64,000 nucleotides of DNA from Podarcis tiliguerta (lineage: Eukaryota): NCBI GenBank assembly GCA_965153285.1, contig OZ229116.1; one strand, given 5' to 3'. Shown here in pieces: positions 24,581 to 38,078 of the stretch (position 1 is its first letter; the number at the start of each line of letters is the position of its first letter). The notes under the pieces were generated by a model. It was given only the letters and a program-made list of their open reading frames with translations, had not been told where the DNA came from and ran no database searches. The translations under genes were made by a program, and so were the position numbers.

Positions 24581-27569
24581 GAGAAAGGAAAGATCGTTCA
24601 CTATTTTACTACACATCAGTACCAATTTCCTAATCATTAAAATGGTCTTTTAAGGTTTTTTTAATGGTTTAATCTAGGAAGATGGCAGAAGCAGGTATTA
24701 GAATTAATGCAACTATAAAGAGAAACTGAGGACAACGTTGTGTTCAAAAGTGACGTGTCCATTTCAGTGATCCCAAGGAAATAATATGAAATAAACCTGC
24801 ACTTTCTTTATTAAGTCTTCCACACTGTACTATCCTTAAGTGTTCTGCTAACTTGACACAGCTGGGTACCATATGAGCATCCTCAATAAGGAACGGTGTA
24901 ATGATGGTACTATGACCACACTATGTTCACTCCAGGATCCACTTAGGCATCTGTTACATATTTATACCTTTTTCAAAGACAAGACTTTCAGAAATATTAA
25001 AGTAGCTGACCATCTTAGTATACCTTAAAGAACATCTGTTTAGAGTAATAGAGAAAACAAGAAAGCTGTTGCATGTCCACACAAAATAATTATAAGGAGA
25101 AATAATGGAGAAATACCAGCAATCACAAGTTGGGTTACATAAGTATATTAGTTGGGCCTTTCCATTCATGCACACTATAACAGTGCAGCTGACTACTGTG
25201 CTGCAAAAGATACAGGTCACTTAGCCATACAGCCATTCTAAAAAAGGAGAATGGAAACTATATCTCTCCTAATATCATCAATGCAACAATCATTTTTGTT
25301 ATTGGGAAGCACTAATGCGGGGGGGGGGGGGAATTATCAGAGAAGTCTGACAAACACTTTTACAGTAAGAGAAATGAAATACATGTTTCCTGTTGATTAC
25401 CTTATCTTAGTACATTCAAGCCTCTATGCTGAATCCCATGAAGACCTGCACAATTAAACATCCACATGGATTTTGCAGGAAATATCAGGGCACAGGAGCT
25501 GATGCTATCCTTTTATCATAGCTGTCCCATGAAATCCACTTGGATTTTCCATTCCAGCCATATGTTTTCCACATGTTGCACATTCCCATGGGGGTGGGGT
25601 GGGGGAGCATGTTTGAATAGGTTCTCTACCACTACATCCCAGAGGAATATTTAGAACGCTCCATTATAAATTTGGCACCCATTGAAATAAGGCACACAGG
25701 GACCTTAGTAAAACCCATACACTGTGTTTTTAAACTTGAAACAAAGACAATGGCATTCTGCAAAGAAGGAAAGGTGATCCATGTTCCCCTCCCTTTAAGA
25801 AATGTGTATAGAGGAATACACCGTGTTCTAATTTTCTTACATTTTGACCATTATCTAGTCTTTCTGATAACAGCTAAAAGCTCAAATCTGCCTAAATCAT
25901 TTAAACTACTGTCACTGATCCAGTCCTTAAGTGCTTCAACTGTAGGCACCAAAGGAGTTTTTGATGTTTTACATCAAGAGTTTCAGTTATAAATATCAGC
26001 ACATTTTACTTCATCTAATAGATAAGAGCAGTGAATCATTTGCAAAGCTTTTAAAGGCTCTTTAATTTTTCAGAACATCTGATAGGGGCCCCACCTGTGG
26101 TTTGTTTTTACAAACGTACATGCTATACAGTTATCATGATCATAGCTAAAGTTACTGTGGAATCAGCATTTCCTTTGAAAACTGCACTTTTTGGGGTTTA
26201 TAGAAAGACTCGTTGCAGACTGAAAGTTGAAACAAAGTCTCCAGCTCTAAAAAGTCATTAAAAATTATATCATTTTAAAACAAAATTACAGTTAACATTT
26301 ATGATTTATAAGAGTCAGTGTGATATTCTAAAGTCTGTTAAATAGGGTGTTAGACATCTTGTAGTTTCCTAATGTATGCTTCCACTGGGTTGGATCCTTC
26401 ATGTCTTCTAACATCTACTCTGTTGCCTTATCTCTGCATATTTATATTGCTGGGCTAACTCAGAATCCTGAATATGTAGGAGATTGTTCAAGACAGTGTG
26501 AACAGCTTGGATAGCCATGATAAAGAAAACAGAAACATAACTAAACAACACTAACTATAATTCAGGAATCAAAATGTAGTGCTTTAGTTTAATGCAAAAA
26601 AAACAACAACAAAAACAACATTTATCCCAAGTCTACCATGTTATATCTCCCATGCAGATGTAACAAAATGTCACCATCGATTTGTCACACTATAGCCCTG
26701 GGTGTACCATATACTTGTACAATGAATGGATTTGGGAGCAAAGCTTCACCCTTAAACCTTAGCACAACAATTTAGTATTCTGCTGTGAATGTAAACATGC
26801 AGGTTATGTTGGTGTTATCCATACTGTACATTTTTGCAGGGTAGAGATTGTGCAGACAGACAGGCCTGGCATAAACTGTGTTCACCAGGCACAATCCCAA
26901 CTCCCTCCCCCTGTACTCATTCTGAAAAGCATGTTAGCTGCACAGGGCTACTGTGACCTCTAACTGGAAAAAAGCATCAAAGTCTACTGTAGCAATATAA
27001 TCAAAATGGAACACTAAAAATGGAAGATGTCAAAGTAACATTTATAAGTAGACTTGAGCTGGAAGCCCTCTTTTGCATATCAACAAATCAGCAGAAATTT
27101 GTCATTTCAGAAATTGCAGCTGTTTTCATTTACAGAAGCACAGAAACTGGTTTGCAGCCAACAAAGGGGGGGGACTCTTTTTGTCCTCTGCCGGCTTAAA
27201 AATGTCTAAACTGGTTTTGTTCAAACTTTGTAAAAGAACAAAAGGGTAACAACTCTGTTGTTCATAGACTGGAAATGTGAATGCCAGGTTTCAGCCTGGA
27301 GTTATATTTTATGGCCATATTATAAACTATTATGGAAATATAGACATAACTTTATCTGCACGGAAATTACAGTGCAACAGTGCTACAAAACAAAAACTTT
27401 AAGTGTACTGTCCAGATCTCTAGCTCACGGGAAACATGCTTGCTAGGGAATGCAAACACACTTGAATGTACAAACAGCAGCATGCTCAGCTGAAATATGT
27501 GGGATGTTATTATCATAAAGTTTTTTTTGCTAAAGAATACGAGGCGCTATTTTCGCACTGCTTTCTTAC

Positions 27570-27773
27570 CTACTAGCCATATTCCACTCAAGGGCTGGAT
27601 TCTGAGAATTCCTTTCATTCTCTGGCACTGTCCTCCCTTTACCATTCTCCTTCTCTGGCTTCAGTTGATCCCATTGAGCAGTACCAATGTTGATGGACTG
27701 GAGGTCTATTTGGTACTGTCTGTCTTCCACCTCTGATCCAGGATCACGAAGAATCCCCAGATTCAGTGCTCTC
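27570..27773 (-). CDS. VPS13B: VPS13B coding exon (exon 31 equivalent), 204 nt, phase 2/2
   Basis: (Q)RALNLGILRDPGSEVEDRQYQIDLQSINIGTAQW...NPALEWNMAS; acceptor attatag|G, donor AG|gtaaga. Confidence 0.95.
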
Positions 27774-27781
27774 CTATAATG

Positions 27782-27782
<1 letters not shown>

Positions 27783-27818
<36 letters not shown>
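27783..27818. repeat. (CAAT)9 tetranucleotide microsatellite
   Basis: Direct reading; adjacent to the exon 31 acceptor. Confidence 0.95.
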
Positions 27819-27819
<1 letters not shown>

Positions 27820-30039
27820 TAATAGAGAGAGGTTGCATTGTTTTCATCTCTGAGATTATGGACTGGAGCAAGTCTCAAGGCCATAGTGTGGGCAGAAAGT
27901 CTAAACAAACAGTAACTTAACAATAGGGTTAATTATTAGGTCAATGGATGTTATGGCCCTGGGGCTAGACTCTCCTTCTTTGGAGGATGAGGTTGGTGAT
28001 TCAGAGTGGGAGGTGTAAATGGCTTTAAGGTCACCCTCAGAAGCACCTTCTCTATTGAAAAGGCTTCTGGACTAAGGATGTCATATGGTCTTCTCTGACT
28101 CATCTCAGAAGCCGCAGTACAACCAAATTCTCCTCTGTTCCACCGCATCCCTTTAAATGAAGAAGCATCTAGTGAAGGTGGAGCCAGCTACCGAGACAAA
28201 TCTGCAGCTCTAGAAAAGGCTCAGCTGGAGAGCAATTGCTGTAGAAACATTGTGTGAGCTCTGCTCTCATGTAGCATTCAGCCTGAGTCCTGCACAGCTA
28301 GAGTACCCTTGTTTTGCCTTATCTGCCTCATCTTGCCTGTGTTGAGGTCAGTATGTGCATGAGAACAAATACTTGGATCCAGAGTTTGCATGCTAACCCT
28401 CTACTCTGACACATCTCAAAATTAATGAGGGGAAATTGCTATCTGGACCGCCCTTTACATGTTAGCCACAGGCAATGCCCAGCCCAGTATCAGAGTAGAA
28501 TGAAACAGATGCCCCATTTGTACCCAGTGTAACAGAGAATGTTGAGTAAGAGGGGGCGGAATTGAAGTGGGGAGCTCACCTCTAAACATCAGATGACCAC
28601 CCCAAAACAGAGTTAAATAACCCAACCAACAGCAAAATTAATTTACAATTAAAATAAATTAAAAGCCTGGTGAAAAATAAAAGTGCTTGACTGCTCATTT
28701 TAAAAGCATAATGGAACAGTCCAGTCAAATCTCTTGTGGGGGGGGGGGGGTTACAGATCCCCATCTCATATTACCAACACACTCCCCTTGGCAGTGAAAC
28801 AGATTAGGGCCTATGATGATGTTCGTAGATGATGTACAAGTTCATTTTCCTTCTGCTACACAGTTCAGGCCATAAACACACCGGGACAGCTCAGAGAATT
28901 GAGCTAATGTTCTCAGGGGTACAAGCGTAGATGTTTCTGTCTCTCACCCCTGTTCCAAGACCCTGGAGATTTTCTTGAGACTTTAAAATCCAGGTGAGGC
29001 ATGACCCAAGGCAATCAGTGGCCCCTCTGAACTTTACCCTGGTCACATTCTGCAGCATAAGAACATTATAGAAACTAGAAACTGGACTGTAAGGTATGCT
29101 AAAGACTTCCTGATCCCTGTTGTAAAAGCTTCTCTTAATCACTGTGACATATTACATTAGACGTACAATTTATTGTATCGAATACGTTCTCTACTGTTCT
29201 CTTTGCAGGTGGCATCAGAGAATAAACTAAAAGCCTACTATAGTTGGTAAATAATATACTAATGTAATACACCCAAAGAAGACCTTAAGCATGTAACAGG
29301 AAACATAACTTTGATGTTTTCCTTTTTAAATTGATTTAGTCTGGGTCAGGCATTTTGTATGTTTATATAAGACACAGCTCATGTTGAATCAGTTATTACT
29401 CACTGCTGAATAGGCATAATTCAGAGGTTCATTGTAAGAAAGTCAAATGTATTCCCTTACAGGTCAGTTGAGACTTATAAAAGACTGCAGAAACCAAAAA
29501 TAAAAAATAGAAGTTTTGAAAAAGGATATAAATAATAGTGATGTATGGCTTAATCGTATTTATTAAAGGAAGCCTTACTTTCACACATTTCTCTTCACCC
29601 CAAATCTAGGGGAATATTCATATTATATATTGGGAATGTCTGGCTCTGAAGGTTATTGTTCAGAAGCTTTGGTTTCCTGGGTGACTGGGAAAGCCACACT
29701 CCCACCTGCCTCAGTCAGCATACTTTACACAGGGTTGTAAAGCTAAAACATGGAATTTGGATGCACTGTAACCTGCCCTTAACCGGGCTCCAGAGACCGT
29801 GTACGCACATTCTTTAGGGTCATGTGCTTTTCCTCTCCCCAATGGATTACTGCCCTCAAATTCAAAAAGCAAAAAATAATCTGGTGCAAGCACTTTTCAA
29901 AAAGAGGACAAATGCTAGCTTCCATGTGCTGTGTTTCCCATCCTGTATTTGAAATGTTCTTGCTTGTGCCCAAGAACCAAAATGAACTCAGGGCAATTTG
30001 AAGAGCAATTCAGAAGCTTGAGAAGGTGTCTATGGCAAT

Positions 30040-30329
30040 AAGGTAAAGGGACCCCTGACCATTAGGTCCAGTCGTGTCCGACTCTGGGGTTGCAGCGCTC
30101 ATCGCGCTTTACTGGCCGATGGAGCCGGTGTACAGCTTCCGGGTCATGTGGCCAGCATGACTATGCTGCTTCTGGCGAACCAGAGCAGTGCATGGAAATG
30201 CTACTTGCATGACCTTACTTGCACTTTACGTGCTTTCGAACTGCTAGCTTGGCAGGAGCAGGGACCGAGCAACTGGAGCTGACCCCGTCGTGGGGATTCG
30301 AACCGCCGACCTTCTGATCGGCAAGCCCT
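30040..30329 (-). mobile_element. Sauria SINE, 5'-truncated
   Basis: Reverse complement of the 36964-37315 family; B box seen as GGATTCGAACC, tail seen as AAGGTAAAGG. Confidence 0.9.
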
Positions 30330-31231
30330 TTAAAAGTATTAACTGCACAAACTGCCTTTTGTATTCTGGCTGTTTGGGGGGGGGCAGATTAAAGAATTAT
30401 ACATTTTTATAATGTTCACTAAAACCAATTACTTTTCAACAAAAATGTCATATGCTTATTCTATACATGACAACATTTCCCATACTCTTGAGAAGTACAC
30501 ATGGAGCACTCTGCCATCTTCCACCAAAAACAAGTGAAATTTAGTGGAAGACCACCACTGGTTAAGTTAATCAACAACTGTCGCTTTAGCAAAATAATTT
30601 ATTTTGGTGCAGTTGTCAAAATTGTGGACTTGCTTTGCCCTGTGTATAGGTCTACATGTTAATAATTACTTTAAAAAAGATAATAATCAAGGAACAAGCT
30701 GAGACATCAACTTTTGTTCTCAGTTTCCATTTGTAAAATTGTAAATGAAAGAAAATTTCATTCAACCATCAAAGAGTGTCAGTGCTATACTTTGGACAGA
30801 ACTGGACATGAGGTAAAAGTACTATTAATAGTAATTTGACTCCCCCCCCCCTTTCCTTTTAAATACCGTACATTAGTAGTCATTTTAAAGTTGCATTAGC
30901 AGCCCCTTTGAATAAGGTCCATGGCACTGGGGAGGGTTTGTCACCCATTTCCCCCTCTACCACTTGCTATTTTCTCAGTCAGGGAAACAACAGATAGAGG
31001 TACCACTTTGATATTTGAATTTCTTCCATGGAAAAAATTAGGGTGTGTGAGTTATGGTGGTGAAGTAATTTTAATCAGGAAAATGGTGAGGGGATGACGA
31101 CGACATCTTTAAGATCTTATCCTAGTGTTACAGTATTGATACAAATTAGGCGCACCTCCTGCTACTTGTTAACACTACTGAAAAATGAAACGTCTTATTC
31201 ATAGATGGCCTAGGTTGCATCTTGTCTGGCA

Positions 31232-31356
31232 AATAATAATCATTTATCATTTATACCCTGCCCATCTGGAGGGGTTTCCCCAGCCACTCTGGGCGGCTTC
31301 CAGCAGAATATTGAAATACGATGATTCATCAAATATGAAAAGCTTCCCTAAACAGG
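31232..31356 (-). mobile_element. L2-like LINE 3' tail
   Basis: ATTTATACCCTGCCCATCTGG...CTCTGGGCGGCTTCCA...TTCCCTAAACAGGG, resembling squamate L2 3' ends. Confidence 0.55.
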
Positions 31357-33304
31357 GAGAGGCAAATGAGCCACCAACTGAATTTGCATCAGCATTTTAC
31401 ACAGAAGTGGAAATGGTACACAATTGTTATTGTTGGGTATAAAGCCATATTCCAAGCCACCTCTCATGATACAGTTTTGGCATGGAGGTCTCATTCATCT
31501 GAGTCTACACAGCAGCTGCCTCGTGCCACAAGTCAATATTATGTGTATCTATTCAACGTATAGACTAGCCCACACTACACAGTCTGTGTCCATGCAGCAT
31601 CCGATTAGGGGTGGAGAATTTTATCTGATCCATGTTTTTAACTGACCTAAATTTGCACCTCCCAGATTAATGCATGAATTAGGACGTAATTATCTTTTAC
31701 ATTTTGCGCTTTCCTGAATTTTGCAATATAGTGCTCAGCTCAAAAATTGTACCAAAATGCGTATGAACGTCCATTTAGAAATGTGTATGTTGAGGGGGGG
31801 GGGAGGTAAAGGTACATTTTGTGACAAAATAATCAAATAAATATTTAAGTATTATTTAAAATACTTTTCATAGATTCTTTTAAAAAACAAAAACCACCCC
31901 ACCCCACAGAGTAATGCAGAAATGTGACAGAAAGGGCATTATGAATAAGCACACTATGTGAAATTGACATGGAGCAAAAACAGATTGATCTAAATTCTTG
32001 TGATGGGAACTGATCTTCATGGCTGGTTGATTTACATTAAATGAATGGAAGCTGGCAGCAACCAAAACACAGAGAGTTCTAAAAGGGTTGCACATGGCAG
32101 CTGTACTAGTCTAAGAGGCCTCTCACTTTCAGTTTACTTAGGATATTAATATATTAATCTTTGAAAAATAATATTGAGCCCCTTCTTTGCATTTTTATCT
32201 CCACACTCAAATGAACTTTATAAGGAAATCTTCTCATAAAACTTATAAAAGAATCAGCTTGAGGGCAAAATATGATAACTCTTTCCCCTGTAATGATGGC
32301 AGGTGAATGCCACTATAATGTGAATTTGTTTTCCATTTAGGAAGGTCAGCTTTAATGAAATGGACCACAGCATGGTCAGAATTGATTGTAGTACATGGAT
32401 CCTACAAAAGCCACTGAACACATGAAAGGAATTACAGTAGACCACACATCAAACGTTTTGGCCTTGTGCTTCCTTCCTCTTATCCTAGTGGCAGGAAATG
32501 CACTACATATCCCGTGAGGTGACCAGACATTTAAAAGTAGTGCCTTGTTCCAAAAAGCTCTGTGCACAGTAATTTACCACAAATAAGCAGAGGACCGTTT
32601 CCCACTGCAGTTGTCTCTTACACGTATATCTGGAGCACAATAGGGAGGGGAAAAAGGTAAAGTATGGCAACTATATCTTTTCAGGCTAAATGCGGGGAAA
32701 TGTAAAAGTCAACTAAGTTTCAGCTTTACTGTGTTAATGTGTATTCTGCCTGGCAATTTTAAAAAGTATCTGTTTCTTGTTTAAACACTCCAACAAAAAA
32801 ATTAAAGCGAGGGTGAACATTTTAATCCTTTTTTGTGCTCAGAGAGAATAATGTTGATTTACTTTTACTGCAGGACTTATTCTAAATGTTGATTTGATAG
32901 CTGTGCAAATGATGCAGATGCATAATTCTAAATGGAGGTTTCGTGATATGTTTGGATGATAAAACATTTCCACCAGTCACAAGAGGAACATAACTTTTCT
33001 AAATAGACTCAGAAAGGATGACAAAGAACAGGGAGTAATGTCAGCAGCAAGAAGAAATAACTGGTGCTAAAACCAGATGTAAGAACATAACACATTCTTT
33101 ATTGATTTGTTTTACGGGTTAAATAATTTTAGCTCAAAACTCAACATTGCTTGTCTGTAACAGGACACTAGGTTTTGGCTTTCTAAAATATTACATAAAT
33201 ATTTGGCTTAACACTAAACTGAGGCAAGCAACCTCTTTCGGATTCTACACCCATTTTCATTTTGTCATACCTGGTACTCATTGGTTGCTCAAGGTTCTCT
33301 TTGT

Positions 33305-33381
33305 TTAGTGGTACAATACCTCAGCCTTATCAGGTGCTGTATATATTCACCTGGAAGTACTGAGGTTGAGTTTCACTGAAC
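33305..33381 (+). ncRNA. MIR875: pre-miRNA mir-875 (5p about 33315-33336 AAUACCUCAGCCUUAUCAGGUG; 3p about 33350-33370 CCUGGAAGUACUGAGGUUGAG)
   Basis: Hairpin (ACCTCAG..CAGGTG pairs with CACCTG..CTGAGGT) closely matching remembered human mir-875; antisense within a VPS13B intron, as in human. Confidence 0.9.
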
Positions 33382-33426
33382 ACAAGCTTCCTACTTACTC
33401 TGTGGATGTTATTTTGATGTCGGATG

Positions 33427-33523
33427 AAAGACAGAACATCCATAGTGTGTTTGATAAGCTGACATGGGACAGGAGTTCTTTTTTCGCTGTTGTGTCAGTT
33501 TATCAAACCCATACGTGGATATC
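33427..33523 (+). ncRNA. MIR599: pre-miRNA mir-599 (5p about 33450-33471 UUUGAUAAGCUGACAUGGGACA; 3p 33489-33508 GUUGUGUCAGUUUAUCAAAC)
   Basis: Stem GTTTGATAAGCTGACAT pairs with GTGTCAGTTTATCAAAC; 3p arm identical to remembered human miR-599; lies 45 nt downstream of mir-875. Confidence 0.92.
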
Positions 33524-35447
33524 GGTCAAATCCTCTAATGACCACACGGAAATTATTTGAATAGATAACTTATACATATGATATGTACTGTGCTGTCTAT
33601 AGAAACAGAAAAAAAAATTGTTACACACATTATATCTGTACCATTCCAATTTCTTATGCAATTGTTTATACAGTATATAGTGGGAAAAATTAATGTAAGG
33701 GGGGGGTCCACATTAGTTAATAACTGCATTCATAATAACTGCAATCATAAGGAGGACCGGAGTTTATGATGTGAACTATATTCGGAGGGGGGGGGGAAAC
33801 CCAAGTTGCTATAGTTTCACACTTTTATTGTATTATCTGTTGAACAGCATGCATGTCAGAGTTTCCATAGAAATACCCAATGTGGTATTTCGATATTAAA
33901 TGTGATACAAGCCAGGTTAATAACAAATGTGGAATTTTACCTAGTGTCATCAGCATCTCAAATAAAGCAGAAAAATGTAAACATATTAAAACACCCATCC
34001 TGAGGTATATTATAATCTACAGTTTTTTCACCCTGCTTCAGCAGCATGTGGGGCCTTACCCTCCTGCCAAGCTGCATCAATCAACTATCCTTTCCCAAAG
34101 TTGAAATGCAATACTCTGCTACATTAACAAAACTAACATTTGCTCTTTCTTCAAAGTCTTGTCTTCAGCTAATGCTTGTTCTAATGAATCAGTGAAATAT
34201 TAACCACGGAAGACTGCATTGACAAAGAAGTAACAGTAACTAAGTAAGATACTCTATTCTTCTTCTAATTCACATGTTTTAGAGATGATAACTTTTAGTA
34301 AGATAGAAGTGTATGTTTGTTTTGCGAGTTCTATACTGGTATGCTAGCCTTAGTGTCAGAATTCAGTAGAATGCAAATGCTGTGCTTTTGACTATTAAAT
34401 GTAAAAATCTGTGGGAAATTATAATATACCCAAAGAAGCCAGGTGGGTGCCAAGGTGTACAGAATCACAGTCATTTCAGAGAAATAATGTATGTAAAGCA
34501 TTTGATATACATCTGTAAAACATTATATTCCTTTGATTTCGAGTAAAAGCTGTCTGCTTTCAGAGACAAACAATCAGTAATAAAAATATTAAAAGTTACC
34601 AAGCCCTGGGAAGGACTGCAAAGGTTTAGGGATATAGGCCCTCAATGAAATCTGCACATTAATATTCTCTGAAAAGGTATGGGCAATTGGGTTAGTCTAG
34701 AAGAGAAGGCAGGGAGAAAGAAATGAAAGCCAAAAATCTTCCTTATGATGAGTGAGTGAACTGGCAATAAAGAGCCTGAGGCAAGAAACCAGAAGGCAAT
34801 AGTCATTCATCTCAGCCTTTCTGAGTACTTGAAGAACTGTTCATATATTATTTCAGTACAGCTTACAAGAAACCTGCAAAGCAGGTCAGAATTATTAATT
34901 TTCCACAAAGTGCCCCTCCCAACTGCCCCTTGCTTCTCAAGTTAAGAAACAAAATAAGACAAATTTATACTGTCTATTGAATTCCTCTTTTTACAATCAT
35001 GGATAAAGCTCTTTAAAGCGATTATGAAATCAATGCATTGTGGCAAGTTACCCTAAATTTATGTGTAATAAACTACAAATTTGGGCAGTTAGTTTTTTTT
35101 TAAGTCTCTTGAATATGGTATATATACTTGCCTTTGAACTTGTGATCTGCATTTTTAATTTTTACCTCATTACATTTCAATATTGCTGATGGGGTCTGGC
35201 GGAGAGCTCATGTAGGTGTTTGAATCATATTTAAAACTTTTAGTTGTCAAGATTTGCTATGCATAACTAAGCAGTTTTTGTGCCTTTCAGAGCTGTTTAA
35301 AATTTCTTGAGAGTTCTTAAACTCATATCAACTGCAGCTTTTGATAATCAGATTGCATTTAGAAATATTACATGTTTAGAAATATTGCTATATAATTTAA
35401 TTGGATGGTATCCAAAGCTCCAATTCTGCTAACACAAGAGACTTGTA

Positions 35448-35642
35448 CAGTCATACCTCATGTTATGGACGCTTCAGGTTACGTGTTTTCGGGTTGTGGA
35501 CTGAGGGAAACCCGGAAGTGCAAGAACAGGTTACTTCTGGGTTTTGCCACTCGCGCACAGGTGCAGCGCTTCAGGATGCGAACGCTGCGGGTTGCGGACG
35601 CGCCTCCGTCACGGATTACGTCCGCAACCCGAGGTTCCACTG
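35448..35642. mobile_element. Tc1/mariner-type MITE
   Basis: TA|CAGTCATACCTC...GAGGTTCCACTG|TA; CpG-rich interior. Confidence 0.75.
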
Positions 35643-36963
35643 TACTAGTGGAATGGAATGTCCCCCTTCTCTCCTTTCATCTGCAGCCCCCTCAAAATCA
35701 GCTCCAGAGGACTGGGGACTCTCTGGGGCCGCATGGGTGAAGGAGAGGAAACTGAAGTGATCGCTTTGGTTGTATTTGTCAACACCAATCTTAGTATGAC
35801 TATCCCGCTGCTGTCCACCAATCCCTCCAAAATTACTACTGAGTAATTACTGCACATTTGTTGCCAGATTAAGTATCTAGCAGCAAAAAAAGCAGCCCAC
35901 AAGTTCAGCTCTTGGCTTCTGGGGCTCAGTGTTTAGGCTTTCTTTCAAACCAGCAAAACTGCAGCAATGTGTTTTAGGTCAAAGCAGAAAGTTAAGTTGC
36001 TCATCCCTTGCACATACAGCCTTGAAGAGCCTTCAGTTTAGGAGATGACTGTAGCTTGCTGCATTTATCCTGAGGTCATGCATGTCTTTGCAATGGCATT
36101 GGGCTGAAGAGGAAGGCAAGCTCTTCACTCTGATCCTTGACGAGACCCAATGCTATTTTCCAGGGCTCTAAGGATGCATTATCCTCATGCCTCAGGAGGC
36201 CTGGTCTCACTTGCAAAGAGGCTCATGGAAGTGGTTTCCCCAACCAATTTTACATCATTCCTATAGCCATTTGTTCTTTCCTAATTTGTAACATGCATGC
36301 ATAATACTTAAATACCCTTGACATCAGTTGTTTAAATTTCTGACAGATAATGGCTGTGACCCAAGAGATTATGCCACTTGGCTGTTTAGCAGAAGCAAGA
36401 AAACTGGGACACTACACCCACTTCTAATTGTTTGAATATCTATAGACAGGATTTCAACTCTGTTTATCAGGCTATACATGCAAAGACTCAGCACCTTGAT
36501 AAGGAAAAGGAATTCTAGATACAGGCATCATGCATATATATAAAATTCCTATCCAGCAAAGAATATGCATAGGGATGTTTTCTCTGTAAACATAAACTGG
36601 ACTGGCCAGTGGGATGAGATGGGTGGGTCTCTGTTGTTCTCTCATCTCTGCTAGTATCAAGAAGGAGCGGCAAGGCAGCACAGAGCTCAGTGTGATGCAG
36701 GTGCAGCAGTGGTGCCTATGTGACACTGTGCCCATACAATGCTAAACTCCTTGCTGCCTTACCTCTCACCTTCTCCCCGTTAGTACCAGCAGTGACACAA
36801 GTTGTTGAGAAGATGGGAGAGCAACACAGTCCTACTCACCCTCCCAGCTGCTACTGGGTCAGGCATTATTGACAGTAAAGCATGATTAAAATTCCATTGA
36901 TATCAAGGGGACCAAAGAACTCAGTGTGATTCAATGCATATTTGCTCAAATTTAAGCCCTACT

Positions 36964-37315
36964 GGGACGTGGGTGGTATTGTGGGTTAAACCACAGAGCC
37001 TAGGACTTGCCGATCAGAAGGTCGGTGGTTCGAATCCCTGTGACAGGGTGAGCTCCCATTGCTTGGTCCCTGTTCCTGCCAATCTAGCAGTTTGAAAGCA
37101 CGCCAAAGTGCAAGTCGATAAATAGGTACCACTCCAGCGGGAAGGTAAACGGCATTTCCGTGCGCTGCTCTGGTTCGCCAGAAGCAGCTTAGTTACGCTA
37201 GCCACATGACCTGGAAGCTGTACGCTGGCTCCCTTGGCCTATAGAGCGAGATGAGCACCGCAACCCCAGTCGGCCACGACTGGACCTAATGGTCAGGGGT
37301 CCCTTTACCTTTACC
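36964..37315 (+). mobile_element. Full-length Sauria SINE
   Basis: tRNA-derived head with B box GGTTCGAATCC (37027-37037); (ACCTTT)n tail; 13-bp TSD TTTAAGCCCTACT. Confidence 0.9.
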
Positions 37316-38078
37316 TTTAAGCCCTACTGCGTTCAATTAGACAGAGTTCTTGGTAACTGTGCTTAGGACTACAGCCCTGGTTGCAAATATGCAACTATTT
37401 GAAAAGTAGCAGATACCACCTGAATGAAGAAGAGCTTTTTTAACGAGTAAAACAGGAGGACAGATTCCCATGAAATATCAAGCAAAACAAGAAAACATAT
37501 AGAAAACAAACTTTTTAAACTGTAAGAGTTAAAATGTAGTAAAATGGCAAACAGTAAACTATTCAGTCATTTCCAACCGTATTGTTATGGTAAATTTTGG
37601 CAGCAAGAGGGAAAGTATTCCTTGAAACTTATTTCCTGCTGCAGGAAGCCACAGTGTACACCATTGCTTTTGTGACTGCCAAAGCCAAACACAAAGCCTT
37701 CAAGTTAAATCAGCTAAACATCAATGCACACAATATACAGGAGACATATGCCAAAGACATTTTTGAATGGTGGTTTTATGCCAGCTACAGTTCTTCGCAC
37801 TGTCGCACTAGTTTCCACTTGTGAGAAAATGTTATTTATATCAAATCAGTTATCATTAAATAAGAGATTTGTTTTTAGGTGTCTGCTAGTGAGTTGCCGG
37901 ATTACTTTATATTAATACCAATGTTGGCACTCCCATCAGTTAATGTATCTGATAGAGCAGCACGCTGGATTCAGTTGAAGCCCCAATCGTATTGGGCTGG
38001 TTTGGGCAGAACCAGGCTAGTCAGATGGAGACAGCCCCAGATTGCACTGGGATGGGCATCCCATGTGATCTGGGGCAT

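Noticed and set aside
27949-28411. Possible solo LTR (TG...CA ends); similar purine-rich piece at about 16757-16960
   Set aside because: No target-site duplication found and boundaries could not be supported
37000-37060. tRNA-like B box GGTTCGAATCC
   Set aside because: Head of a Sauria SINE; no tRNA cloverleaf
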